A DNA stretch of 41,168 nt from assembly GCA_903827975.1 (NCBI GenBank), contig CAIKKG010000024.1, positions 66,523 through 107,690 of the forward strand, given 5' to 3'. Each line of letters starts with the position of its first letter. The first letter of the stretch is position 1. A program made the translations under genes and the position numbers. Below the pieces are notes generated by a model, which saw only the letters and a list, made by a program, of their open reading frames with translations, had not been told where the DNA came from and made no database searches. Of the stretch, positions 1-9,584 are shown in pieces. Source of the stretch: an uncultured bacterium. Lineage in GTDB: Bacteria > Patescibacteriota > Minisyncoccia > UBA6257 > GWB1-50-10.

Positions 1-1
1 T

Positions 2-250
2 GAAATATCGCAGGTTGACCTAACAGATAGAGGGAGAAAACAAGAAGTTGTTGAACCAAGGCAGGTAGCAATGTTCCTTTTAAGAGAAATATTAAAACTT
101 TCTTACCCAAATATCGGAGAGAAGATGGGGAAGAGAGATCACACAACTGTTATCCACGCCTATGAAAAGATTTCTAAAGAGATAACTACCAATTCTGCAC
201 TAAATCAAAAAATACTGTTAATAAAAGAAAGGTTGTTTAAGAATGTATAA
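2..250 (+). CDS. dnaA: Chromosomal replication initiator DnaA, C-terminal domain IV (5' truncated by window)
   Basis: Manual translation gives ...EVVEPRQVAMFLLREILKLSYPNIGEKMGKRDHTTVIHAYEKI...KNV*, containing the DnaA signature RDHTTVIHA; lies directly upstream of dnaN. Confidence 0.96.
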   Translation, partial: EISQVDLTDRGRKQEVVEPRQVAMFLLREILKLSYPNIGEKMGKRDHTTVIHAYEKISKEITTNSALNQKILLIKERLFKNV

Positions 251-441
251 GGTCTTTATAAGTAGTGAATAAGAGTGGGAATAAGTGTGGTGAATATCAG
301 CAAAATAGGAATTTACGAAATATTCATCAACAGCTATTTCTTTTCCATCCACAGGATTAGAAAAAAGAAACTTAGAACTGGTTTAGAAAAACAACAATAT
401 CCACATATTCACAACACCTACTACTACTACTATCTTTATAT
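251..441. promoter_or_regulatory. Replication origin oriC (DnaA boxes and DnaA-trio unwinding element)
   Basis: dnaA-dnaN intergenic region with DnaA-box-like 9-mers at 264-272 (reverse TTATTCACT), 289-297 (reverse), 345-353 CCATCCACA, 397-405 ATATCCACA and 405-413 ATATTCACA, followed by (CTA)5 at 418-432. Confidence 0.85.
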
Positions 442-1548
442 ATGAAATTAATAATACTAAAGAGTAATATCATCGAGGGACTAAATGCTGTTGAAAGAGC
501 TATTAGTTCTGTAGCAAATCTTCCGATATTAAAAAATCTTCTTATTAAAACGGAAAACGGGCGTATTTTATTTACATGTACAAATCTCGAGATCGCTATT
601 ACTCAAGTTGTTCCAGGGAAAATTATTGAGGACGGTGAGATTACAGTTCCTGTTTCTGTTTTTGCTCCCGTAGCTAAAAACCTGAATGCTGAGCGTATAT
701 CTCTCGAGGTTAAAGAAAAACAGATTCTTGTAACAACTGATAATTATGAAGCTTCTATTCAAGCTCAAAGCGCTAAAGATTTTCCTATAATTCCTGGAAT
801 CAACGAGAAAGAAAATGTAATTAAAATGTCGGCTAGTCGTTTTTTGGAAGCGCTACAAAATGTTTTTGTAGCGACACAGTATTCCGAAATACGACCGGAA
901 ATAAGCGGTGTATTCTTTAGGGTTTTTGATAACGAGATTATTCTAGCCGCAACAGATAGTTTCCGTTTAGCTGAAAGAATTATGAAGGTTGAAAATCTCA
1001 GTATTCAAGATGATATTTCAATGATTATTCCTTACAAAACGGCAGAAGAGTTAACAAGATTTCTATCAGGAGAGGTAGCCGACGTAGAGATTTTTATCGA
1101 GCAAAACCAGGTTTTATTTAAAACAAGTTCAAAACAATTAATATCTAGACTTGTTGACGGATCATTCCCGGAGTATAAAGCTATAATTCCTAAGCAAATT
1201 CAGAACGAAGCGACAGTTAATAAAAACGAGTTTGTTAACGCAATTAAGTTAGCCAGTTCTTTCTCAGGAAAAGGAAACAGCGTTACTATTTCAATAAACG
1301 AAAACAAAAAGTTTCTTGAACTATCTTCTTCAGACTCATCACTAGGAGAGAACCACTACAAAATACCGATAAAATTTAAAGGAGAAGCTTTCACGATCGT
1401 TTTTAACTGGAGGTATCTTTTAGAAGGAACAAAAATATATTCAACAGAAGAAATTATTTTAGGTGTTAACTCGCCAGACAGACCAGCCGTTTTAAAAAGC
1501 ACAAATGAAACAGGAATTGTTTATGTGGTCATGCCTATAAAAAGCTAG
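442..1548 (+). CDS. dnaN: DNA polymerase III beta sliding clamp
   Basis: 368 aa; LPILKN, ATDSFRLA, SRLVDGSFPEY and C-terminal YVVMP motifs; follows dnaA. Confidence 0.97.
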   Translation: MKLIILKSNIIEGLNAVERAISSVANLPILKNLLIKTENGRILFTCTNLEIAITQVVPGKIIEDGEITVPVSVFAPVAKNLNAERISLEVKEKQILVTTDNYEASIQAQSAKDFPIIPGINEKENVIKMSASRFLEALQNVFVATQYSEIRPEISGVFFRVFDNEIILAATDSFRLAERIMKVENLSIQDDISMIIPYKTAEELTRFLSGEVADVEIFIEQNQVLFKTSSKQLISRLVDGSFPEYKAIIPKQIQNEATVNKNEFVNAIKLASSFSGKGNSVTISINENKKFLELSSSDSSLGENHYKIPIKFKGEAFTIVFNWRYLLEGTKIYSTEEIILGVNSPDRPAVLKSTNETGIVYVVMPIKS

Positions 1549-1555
1549 TAGTAAC

Positions 1556-1584
1556 AAAAAAACCCCGCTGTGCGGGGTTTTTAT
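1556..1584. terminator. Bidirectional intrinsic terminator
   Basis: A-tract, AACCCCGC-tgt-GCGGGGTT stem-loop, T-tract, between convergent dnaN and the PBP gene. Confidence 0.85.
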
Positions 1585-1589
1585 CTTTA

Positions 1590-4055
1590 TTAGTGGTAAA
1601 CAGTCACCTTATCAGAAGACGTTAAACCACTGGCAGTTTTAACTTTAATCTCTATTAAGTTTTGAGGACTGAGAGGTATATTAATTTCATACTGATATAA
1701 ATATGTCTGCCCGTTTATATCCTCAGCTCCAACCAAAAGGTTATTGAAATAAAATTCAACTCTTTTTAAGGAATCGTTTGCGGCTTTTAAAGAGGCGGTT
1801 ATTTTTAATGGCGTATTAGAGAATACTGCATTTTTTGGTTCTATAATCGAGACAGAGACGGAAGCACCAACAGAAGGAGATTGAGTAATAATCGGCGTGT
1901 TAGTTGTATAAGATCCCAAACCATTAGGATTTTCTTTTAACCAATTATTAACCCCAGTTTCCCAGTTAGAAAACTGCGAGTCACTTGCTGGATCATCAGG
2001 CATTCCACCTAATGGATTAGATTTATCAACATAATAAAGAATAGAGTGAGACTGAGGAGATGGAACCCCGTTTATAACAGGTGAGTATACTGCATCACTG
2101 TTTAACATAGGTTTTGTTGGTAGAGAATATGGTTCGGGTTTCTCGAATAATTCAACAGGAAATTTTGGTAAGGCTTCTGTCATGAAAGCACTCCATATTG
2201 GAATAGCGGCCAAAACACTACCACCTTTATTGGATAAAGGTTTATTGTTATTGTTTCCAGCCCAAACACCAACCACTAAGTTCGGTGTGTACCCAAATGC
2301 CCACGCATCTCTATAATCCTGAGTTGTTCCTGTTTTAATAGCTACATCATGTCCCGGGAATATTGTTAAAGGAAGACTTGCATGTAACATAGGCGCGCGT
2401 AAATCAGAATCAGAAAGAATCTGGTTTATTAGTTTAGGATATTGTGAATCAATAACACTATCCGCTTTGTCTGTAAAATCTTCTAAGACAGCGCCTTTAC
2501 TATCCTCAACTTTTAATACAAGTTGTTGCTCATGAACCGTTCCGTTTTGAGATAAGACAGAATAAGCCTTAACAAGGTCTATTAATTTTATCTCACCACC
2601 ACCAAGAGTAAGAGATAAACCATAGCGCCATTTTTCTTTTAAAGTTGATATACCAAAAGAGCTAAGATTTTTTAAAACAGGGTCTAGTCCAACAAGATAT
2701 AATGTTTTTACCGCTGGCACGTTTAGTGACTGAGCAAGTGCTTGCTCCATACGAACCGGACCCCTAAAAAGACCGTCAAAATTACCTGGTTTGTAGCTTG
2801 TCTCTGGGTCATTTCTCGTATCAAATTCTGTTTCTGCATCAAACAAAAGAGTTTTGGGTGAGTATCCTTTTTGGAATGCTGTTAAATAAACAAAAGGTTT
2901 TAAGGAAGACCCTGGTTGCCTAAGTCCTTGTGTTGCTACATTAAAATTTCCTTCGAATAAACAATCAACCGTTGGTGTGCACCCGGCTGGCTCCGGGTCT
3001 CCAAAGTAATCCTTAGACCCAACCATTGCTAAAATCTGGCCCGTTTTAGGGTCTTCAGCTATCATCGCGGCGTTTCTACCGTTATACAAATCCGTGTTCC
3101 TTTTAACACCCTCTTCAACAGCTTTTTCTGCAGCGGTTTGCAGTTCGGTATCAAGTGTTGTTATAACTTTTAATCCACCGCTTGTTGCGGCCAACTCACC
3201 ATACTTATTAACTAAATATTCTTTAACAGCCAAAGAGAAGTGAGGCGCGGAAATAGAGCCAATAGAGGTTGGAGCAAAATCAATTTTTTCTTTTTTAGCA
3301 GAATCACCAACACCTTTATTTATAAACCCAAGAGCGATCATTCTATCTAGAACATAATCGCTGCGCTCATATAATTCTTTTGTATGGGAGCCCCAAGGGG
3401 AGTAATATGTTGGCGCTTTCAACATGCTAGCTAATATTGTTGATTCTCTTAAGGATAGGGATTTAACAGGTTTTTTAAAATAAATCTGACTTGCCGCCTC
3501 AACACCATATGCATTTGATCCAAAAGGAATCTGATTAAGGTAAAAACCAAAAATATCTTTTTTTGAATATTTCGATTCCAGTTCTATTGCAAGAATAAGC
3601 TCCTTTATTTTTCTTGTTAGTGTGCGCTCCGGAGTAAGAAGTGTGTTTTTTACTAACTGCTGAGATATAGTTGATCCACCCTGAGAAGTAGAACCACTTT
3701 TTAAATTAACAAGAAAAGCGCGTAAAATTCCTCGCCAATCAAAAGCCGGCTCATTATAAAAATTAGAATCCTCTGCTGCAAGAACCGCGTTTTTTAAAGT
3801 TTCTGGTATATCGTCAAATAAAACTATTGTTCTTTTTTCAGCCCCGTGTATCTCATAAATTAAGGTCTGGCCTGTTCTGTCGTAAAGTTTTGTTGACTGA
3901 CTAACCTCGCGATTCCCAAACTGATCCGGAGCTGGTAACTCACGCAACGTCACAACAACAAAAACAGCCCCAACAGCCAAAACACTAAGCAAGAAGCCCA
4001 AAACAACAACGAGTGAGAGCGACAAAAAACGTTTTTTCTTTTTAGTAATTTTCAT
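1590..4055 (-). CDS. Class A penicillin-binding protein (PBP1A family) with C-terminal Ig-like tail
   Basis: N-terminal TM; transglycosylase motifs EDxxFY, GGSTISQQLVKN and RKIKE; transpeptidase motifs SxxK (GSSLKP), SLN and KTGT. Confidence 0.95.
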   Translation of the reverse strand: MKITKKKKRFLSLSLVVVLGFLLSVLAVGAVFVVVTLRELPAPDQFGNREVSQSTKLYDRTGQTLIYEIHGAEKRTIVLFDDIPETLKNAVLAAEDSNFYNEPAFDWRGILRAFLVNLKSGSTSQGGSTISQQLVKNTLLTPERTLTRKIKELILAIELESKYSKKDIFGFYLNQIPFGSNAYGVEAASQIYFKKPVKSLSLRESTILASMLKAPTYYSPWGSHTKELYERSDYVLDRMIALGFINKGVGDSAKKEKIDFAPTSIGSISAPHFSLAVKEYLVNKYGELAATSGGLKVITTLDTELQTAAEKAVEEGVKRNTDLYNGRNAAMIAEDPKTGQILAMVGSKDYFGDPEPAGCTPTVDCLFEGNFNVATQGLRQPGSSLKPFVYLTAFQKGYSPKTLLFDAETEFDTRNDPETSYKPGNFDGLFRGPVRMEQALAQSLNVPAVKTLYLVGLDPVLKNLSSFGISTLKEKWRYGLSLTLGGGEIKLIDLVKAYSVLSQNGTVHEQQLVLKVEDSKGAVLEDFTDKADSVIDSQYPKLINQILSDSDLRAPMLHASLPLTIFPGHDVAIKTGTTQDYRDAWAFGYTPNLVVGVWAGNNNNKPLSNKGGSVLAAIPIWSAFMTEALPKFPVELFEKPEPYSLPTKPMLNSDAVYSPVINGVPSPQSHSILYYVDKSNPLGGMPDDPASDSQFSNWETGVNNWLKENPNGLGSYTTNTPIITQSPSVGASVSVSIIEPKNAVFSNTPLKITASLKAANDSLKRVEFYFNNLLVGAEDINGQTYLYQYEINIPLSPQNLIEIKVKTASGLTSSDKVTVYH

Positions 4056-4085
4056 ATGTGCCTATCTCTTATGTTAGCAAATGAC

Positions 4086-4129
4086 AAAGAAAAATCCCTT
4101 TGTTTTTCGGCAAAGGGATTTTTTCTTTT
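4086..4129. terminator. Intrinsic terminator hairpin
   Basis: AAAAATCCCTTTG...CAAAGGGATTTTT inverted repeat just downstream of the small acidic ORF. Confidence 0.75.
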
Positions 4130-4134
4130 GTTTT

Positions 4135-4302
4135 TTAAAACTCTTCTGCACTACTCTCTTCTTCCTCGCCCGGTATTATTGGGGCGCTCTCCTCTCCTTC
4201 TCCCTCCAGTGGTAGTGTTTGGTCAAAAAGCGCTTCACCAAGGCTATTGGCCAAATCCTCATCTCCACTTGTAAATATTCCGTCGTCTTTCAATGATTGC
4301 AT
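4135..4302 (-). CDS. Small highly acidic hypothetical protein (55 aa)
   Basis: MQSLKDD...GEEEESSAEEF; has its own promoter upstream and terminator downstream. The longer ORF-track start (4398) overlaps the -35 box. Confidence 0.65.
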   Translation of the reverse strand: MQSLKDDGIFTSGDEDLANSLGEALFDQTLPLEGEGEESAPIIPGEEEESSAEEF

Positions 4303-4370
4303 GCTAGTAAAACGTTTGTTTTTCTCGACCGTTTTATTTACAGCTATATTTTTTACAGCTGAATGGCAGA

Positions 4371-4398
4371 AGTATACCTTTAAAGATTTTTGTGTCAA
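4371..4398 (-). promoter_or_regulatory. Sigma70-type promoter
   Basis: TTGACA (4398-4393), 16-nt spacer, TATACT (4376-4371). Confidence 0.7.
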
Positions 4399-4404
4399 GA
4401 AGGA

Positions 4405-4878
4405 CTAGACAACCCTCTTATTTATAGAAGAGATGGCTATTGCTAAAGCATCCGTCTCATCATCTAAAAGACCCACTGTTTTTATTTTCAATATAATAGA
4501 GACCATTTTAGCAACCGCTGATTTTGAAGATGTTCCACTGCCAGTAACAGCAATTTTAACTTCGTTTGGTGTTGGCTCAAAAAGAATAATACCCGCACTA
4601 GTTATTTTTTCAATAATAACACCACGAGCCTCAGCGACAGAAAGTGCTGTTTTTTTGTTTTTTGCAAAAAATAATCTTTCCACACCAACCTTCTCTGGTT
4701 TGACTAATTTAAGTAGTTTTTCTAACTCCAAACTTATTGAGCGCAATCTAAGTGCGCTGCTTTCTGTTTTTGTTATTTTTAAAACACCACTTGTTATGTA
4801 CTCAACAGAAGTGCTAGACGCATTAACAACCCCATATCCTATTCGAGTTGTGCCAGGGTCTATTCCTAAGACAATCAT
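4405..4878 (-). CDS. ruvC: Crossover junction endodeoxyribonuclease RuvC
   Basis: LGIDPG, VERLFF, EARGVI and DETDALAIA motifs. Confidence 0.96.
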   Translation of the reverse strand: MIVLGIDPGTTRIGYGVVNASSTSVEYITSGVLKITKTESSALRLRSISLELEKLLKLVKPEKVGVERLFFAKNKKTALSVAEARGVIIEKITSAGIILFEPTPNEVKIAVTGSGTSSKSAVAKMVSIILKIKTVGLLDDETDALAIAISSINKRVV

Positions 4879-4882
4879 AGTT

Positions 4883-6223
4883 TTAAAAAGATCCTATAAC
4901 TGTCTCACTTTTCGGAATAAGAGATTTATCAAGTGGTAATGTAAACCAAAAAGTTGAACCTCTATCTAACTCTGATTCCACATTTAAAACACCACCATGG
5001 CGAATAACAATGTTTTTTGCTATATAAAGCCCAAGACCACTACCATTCGGTTCTGTTTGAGCAGCATTAGATCCACGATATAGTTTTTGAAAAAGGTTTT
5101 TCATATCTTCTTTCGAGATTCCAATTCCGGTATCAGAGACAGAGACGCGCACAAAACGACCATCTGGTTCCTTGTTTATTGTAATTGTTACTCTACCATT
5201 CTTAGAATTATAACGAACAGCATTATCAATAAGATTAAAAACAACAGAGCTTAATTTATCTTGGTCTATTAACACATCGTCTATTGTGGTCTGTGGGGGA
5301 ATGAAGTCAATTGTTATGTTGTATTGAGCCGCCAAAATTTTCATTTCTTTTGCGATGTTTGAAACAAAATCAATAAGATTTGTTTGTTTAAAGGAGAATC
5401 CAAACTTACCATCCTCAATTTTAGAAACATCCAAAAGGTCGTTTGTTATTTTTAAAGAGCGCTCAGAAACAACCAAAGCCTCTTTCGCTATATCATGAAC
5501 CTCTTTGTTGTTTTCTGAGAATTTAACAATACTTTCCATTGCCCAATGAAGCGCTGTAAGCGGTGTTCTTAATTGATGAGCTGCAACACCAATAAAATCA
5601 GTTTTTGAACGAAGGAGATTTTTCTCTCTCGTCATGTTGTGAATAATCTTTATAAATCCAGTTGGCTTCCTATCCTCGTTTATAACTTGGTGTAATGTTA
5701 CACGAAGTTCAAGTGTTGGATTCTCAAAAGACAAATCTATTACTTGTGGCCAACTATCAGATTCAGATAATTGTGTCATTGACGGGGCAAGTGATGGAAA
5801 TAGTGTTTGAACAAAAATTCTATAACGAGAAACCTTAGTCATGCCAGGATTAAACTGTTTACCAACAACCTCCTCCGAAGAAACCCCAAACAATTTTTCA
5901 GAGGCAGTGTTTATTGTGAGAACGGTAAAATTTGGATCATACACAATTACGCCATCTTCCAACGAAGAAATAATTAAATCACGTTCCTCGGTTTTAAATT
6001 TTTCCTCGGCGCTTAAACGAGAAAGATTAACAAATTTACCAAAAAGATTTATGACAATTAAGCAGTACAAAAGAATTAAGAACAAACCAAAATAAAAATT
6101 GTATTGAGAAGATACAAACGTAAAAAGAGCAGCAAGAATCAAAAGAACAAAATATAAAGAAATCATTTCTTTATTTCTATAAACACGCAAAAAAGTTTTT
6201 ATTAATGATTTTTCTGGTCCCAT
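4883..6223 (-). CDS. Membrane PAS-domain sensor histidine kinase
   Basis: Two TMs, PAS-like segment, H-box AAHQLRTPLT, N-box NLIDNAVRY, G1 DTGIGI, G2 GSGLGL. Start 6223 or 6166. Confidence 0.93.
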   Translation of the reverse strand: MGPEKSLIKTFLRVYRNKEMISLYFVLLILAALFTFVSSQYNFYFGLFLILLYCLIVINLFGKFVNLSRLSAEEKFKTEERDLIISSLEDGVIVYDPNFTVLTINTASEKLFGVSSEEVVGKQFNPGMTKVSRYRIFVQTLFPSLAPSMTQLSESDSWPQVIDLSFENPTLELRVTLHQVINEDRKPTGFIKIIHNMTREKNLLRSKTDFIGVAAHQLRTPLTALHWAMESIVKFSENNKEVHDIAKEALVVSERSLKITNDLLDVSKIEDGKFGFSFKQTNLIDFVSNIAKEMKILAAQYNITIDFIPPQTTIDDVLIDQDKLSSVVFNLIDNAVRYNSKNGRVTITINKEPDGRFVRVSVSDTGIGISKEDMKNLFQKLYRGSNAAQTEPNGSGLGLYIAKNIVIRHGGVLNVESELDRGSTFWFTLPLDKSLIPKSETVIGSF

Positions 6224-6224
6224 A

Positions 6225-8663
6225 TTACTTCATTGTACCCCATTTTTTCCCTATTTTCATTTCAGTTGTTAGAGGTACCGAGATTGGGTATATACCCTCC
6301 ATTATGGATTTGAGGCGGGGTGCGAGTGTTTCAACAAACTCATCTTTAATCTCAAAAAGTAATTCATCGTGGATGGATAATAAAAGAAATGCGGAGTCTT
6401 TTGTTTTTACATTATTTTCCAACTCTTTTTCACAGGCAATCATTGCCATTTTCAATATGTCAGCGCCAAGTCCCTGTAGTGGCATATTAATTGCCGCTCT
6501 CTCAAATTCACCAAAAGCCCCATCCTTTGAAAACCATCGTTTTCTCCCATTTTCATTTTCAACAAACCCATTTTTTTTCATCTCAGTTTTTATATGCTCC
6601 TGCCATATTCCAACTTTTGGAAATGCGCGAAAATACTCAGCTATAAATTTCTTAGATTCATCAAGTGAAAACCCACTTGTTTTTGAAAATAAGCGAGGTC
6701 CCATACCATAAATAATTCCAAAATTTAAAGTCTTACCAATACGCCTTTGTTTCTCATCAATCTCATTTAAAGGTATTCCAAAAACCATAGAGGCTGTTAG
6801 TGTGTGAATATCGGACCCACTCATAAAAGCGGATGTAAGGGTCTCATCACGCGAAACATGAGCTAACAAACGAAGTTCGAGTTGAGAGTAATCAAGTGAC
6901 AAAAGGGTGAATCCATCAGTTGAGTGAAATGAGTCCCGTAAGTTTTTTGCCCAACGTCCGCCATTTGGAATATTTTGAAGGTTCGGTTTTTCTGAGGAAA
7001 GACGACCAGTTCCCGTGCCTGTTTGTAGATATGTTGTGTGAATTCTTCCGTCCAACAAAGCGGCCTCTTGTAGCGGAATTAAAAAACCCGAATATATTTT
7101 GAAGGTCTCTCTATATTGAATAATTAATTGGACAACTGGGTGCGCATCAACTAGCTCTGTAAGAATGTCTATCCCGGTTTTTCTTTGTCCGGTGGTTGTT
7201 CTTTTTTTGTTGCGTGTTTCTAGTTTTAAGCGCTCAAACAAAACCTCGCTTATCTGCTGAGGCGAGTTTATGTTAAAAGCCCCACCCGCGGACGAGTAAA
7301 TTTTTTCCTCCAAATCAATTAGTTCTTTTTTAATTTCAATACCAAGTTCTGAAATAACACCCTCATCTAAAGAAATTCCCCGTATTTCCATTTCTGCCAA
7401 AACACGAATAAGTGGCATCTCAATCTCATAAAAAACCTTCTCAAGATTATTGGATTCTATCTTCTCTCTGAAAAAAACAAAAAGTTTTTCTAATGCAACC
7501 AATTTTTCTAACGGACCACCAAGAATTTGTTCGGCCAATTCTTCAAAAGAAAGGTCCTTGTCGTCAGGGTTTGTAAGCCAGGCGGCTATGTGAATATCAA
7601 AAAAAGGGTCTTTTATTTCAACACCTGCTTTTGAAAACTCTTTTAATAATAACTTACAATCGTAAGCCACTTTTGTTTTCGAACTTATTAATTTCTCACC
7701 CAACCTATTCGAGTCTTCTGTGCCAGATAAGAAAACAAAATTATTTTCTTCAAAAACAAGACCAAGTCCTTGTTGTGGAATAACCTTTTGAAATTTCTGT
7801 TTTATCTTCTGTTTTGATCCAGCCATACTATCAAACCCTAGGCTCAGGAAATATTCAGACAAAACAACGTCGTCTGGTTTTTTATAAACCAAATCATCAA
7901 GTGATACTGTTATAGGTGTTTCTTTGTGTATTGTTGAAAGTTCTTTTGAGAAGAAAGCATCCTTTTTGTAAGGAAGAAATTTTTTGGCTAATTTGTGGGT
8001 TTCTGTCATTGAGGTATAGAGATTCTCAATGGTTCCAAACTCTTTTAGTGCCTCAAGTGCTGTTTTAGGCCCAACACCTGGAATGCCCGGGATATTGTCT
8101 GATGGGTCACCAACAAGACCTTTGTAATCGGTCATTTGTTCTGGGTTAAGTCCATATCTTTCTCTAACAGCGTCTGCGTCGTAGGTTATTGTCTCACTTA
8201 TTCCTTTTTTTGGAGCCCTAACAACAACGTGTTTATTTTTGACAAGTTGAAGCGTGTCCATATCTCCAGTGAGAATTGTTATTGTGAGGTCTTCATCATT
8301 ACCAAATTTAGTTGCTAGAGTCCCGATTATGTCATCACCCTCATACCCAGCAAGTTCAAAACAAGGAATATTTAATTTTGCAAAAAGTTCACGAGCTTTT
8401 ATAAGTTGAGAGACCAACTCATCAGGCGCTTTTGGGCGCTGAGCTTTATAACCATCAAACATTTCTTTTCGAAATGTTGGTTCCGGCCTATCAAATGCGG
8501 CCGCAACATAATCAGGTTCATGTTCGCGCATTGTTTTCATTAGTGCTCGTGTAAGTCCGTAAATAGCGCCTATTGGTTCTCCCGATGGGGTGGTAAGTGG
8601 GGGTATTGCATGAAAAGAACGGTGAATAAGTGCGTGCGCATCAATAAGAAGCAATGTCTTCAT
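6225..8663 (-). CDS. polA: DNA polymerase I
   Basis: 5'-3' exonuclease domain (GDPSDNIPGIPGVGPKTA) and polymerase motifs DYSQLELR, KTLNFGIIYG and IHDEL. Confidence 0.97.
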   Translation of the reverse strand: MKTLLLIDAHALIHRSFHAIPPLTTPSGEPIGAIYGLTRALMKTMREHEPDYVAAAFDRPEPTFRKEMFDGYKAQRPKAPDELVSQLIKARELFAKLNIPCFELAGYEGDDIIGTLATKFGNDEDLTITILTGDMDTLQLVKNKHVVVRAPKKGISETITYDADAVRERYGLNPEQMTDYKGLVGDPSDNIPGIPGVGPKTALEALKEFGTIENLYTSMTETHKLAKKFLPYKKDAFFSKELSTIHKETPITVSLDDLVYKKPDDVVLSEYFLSLGFDSMAGSKQKIKQKFQKVIPQQGLGLVFEENNFVFLSGTEDSNRLGEKLISSKTKVAYDCKLLLKEFSKAGVEIKDPFFDIHIAAWLTNPDDKDLSFEELAEQILGGPLEKLVALEKLFVFFREKIESNNLEKVFYEIEMPLIRVLAEMEIRGISLDEGVISELGIEIKKELIDLEEKIYSSAGGAFNINSPQQISEVLFERLKLETRNKKRTTTGQRKTGIDILTELVDAHPVVQLIIQYRETFKIYSGFLIPLQEAALLDGRIHTTYLQTGTGTGRLSSEKPNLQNIPNGGRWAKNLRDSFHSTDGFTLLSLDYSQLELRLLAHVSRDETLTSAFMSGSDIHTLTASMVFGIPLNEIDEKQRRIGKTLNFGIIYGMGPRLFSKTSGFSLDESKKFIAEYFRAFPKVGIWQEHIKTEMKKNGFVENENGRKRWFSKDGAFGEFERAAINMPLQGLGADILKMAMIACEKELENNVKTKDSAFLLLSIHDELLFEIKDEFVETLAPRLKSIMEGIYPISVPLTTEMKIGKKWGTMK

Positions 8664-8701
8664 AAGGTTTATTTTACTATTTATAAACGGTTATGAACAA
8701 T

Positions 8702-8725
8702 AAAAAACCCCGCCGATAGGCGGGG
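8702..8725 (-). terminator. Intrinsic terminator
   Basis: CCCCGCC-gata-GGCGGGG stem-loop with T6 on the minus strand. Confidence 0.8.
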
Positions 8726-8729
8726 ATAC

Positions 8730-9047
8730 TTATCTCATGGGTTTGAGGTCTCTAATAATCGCGAACGTGATGCAGCTGGCCACTAACTCGCGGATTGTGT
8801 CTTTTACGTCCCCAGCATAGTGGACGTACTTGAAAAGCTCTTTTTGTGAGGCCTTCACCGAGCCGAACTCGAAAGAGTCCAGAAGCCCAACAAGTGTACG
8901 AACATTCATCTCACCAACCTCTCCATAGAGGACGTCGTGAAATACAAGTTCCGCAGCTTTTTCACGACTCAGGTCCTTGGTCCACTCAGCATAATTGTTC
9001 TTATGCGCGAGGTGGGTCACAAGTCTTTGGCTATTTATTCGCCCCAT
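8730..9047 (-). CDS. Orphan hypothetical protein (105 aa), single-gene cassette
   Basis: SD AAAAGGAG before ATG, upstream TTGACT-16-TATTAT promoter, own terminator; visibly GC-richer than its neighbours. Confidence 0.75.
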   Translation of the reverse strand: MGRINSQRLVTHLAHKNNYAEWTKDLSREKAAELVFHDVLYGEVGEMNVRTLVGLLDSFEFGSVKASQKELFKYVHYAGDVKDTIRELVASCITFAIIRDLKPMR

Positions 9048-9129
9048 GCTTCACTCCTTTTCAAATGCACAAAAATGCAGTGCTGTGAAATAATACAATT
9101 TTTGGAGAAAAAGTCAACTTAAAAAACTC

Positions 9130-9582
9130 CTACACACCAGAGACCCTTAGAGAACGATCACTCTCTTTTTTTCCATAAGAGAATGTTACAGATGCTGCAC
9201 CACGCAATAAAGGGCTTTTTATGTTTTCAGCCCACTCAATAAGAATAATATTATTTGGATTTTTTATAATCTCAATAAAGCCAAGCGGATTCATATCTTT
9301 AATTTGTTTCATTCTATATGCATCAATGTGATATAGATTTTTATAACCACCATGTTTTGTTATGTGACGTTTCATGATTACAAAAGTTGGACTGGTAATT
9401 CGGCGGGTGATGCCCAGTGTTTTTGCAAACCCTTGTGTGAATGTTGTTTTTCCAGCTCCCAAGTCACCGTTTAATTTGATAACAAAAGCCCCAGCTTTTT
9501 TGTGTGGAGCCGAGATAATTTTTTCAGCAAGCGAGGCGGCAAAGAATTTTGTTTCTTTTTCTGAGGAACTTTTTAAAACCAT
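9130..9582 (-). CDS. tsaE: tRNA t6A biosynthesis ATPase TsaE
   Basis: GDLGAGKTTF, ITSPTF, LYHIDAYR and IEWAE motifs. Confidence 0.96.
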   Translation of the reverse strand: MVLKSSSEKETKFFAASLAEKIISAPHKKAGAFVIKLNGDLGAGKTTFTQGFAKTLGITRRITSPTFVIMKRHITKHGGYKNLYHIDAYRMKQIKDMNPLGFIEIIKNPNNIILIEWAENIKSPLLRGAASVTFSYGKKESDRSLRVSGV

Positions 9583-9584
9583 TT

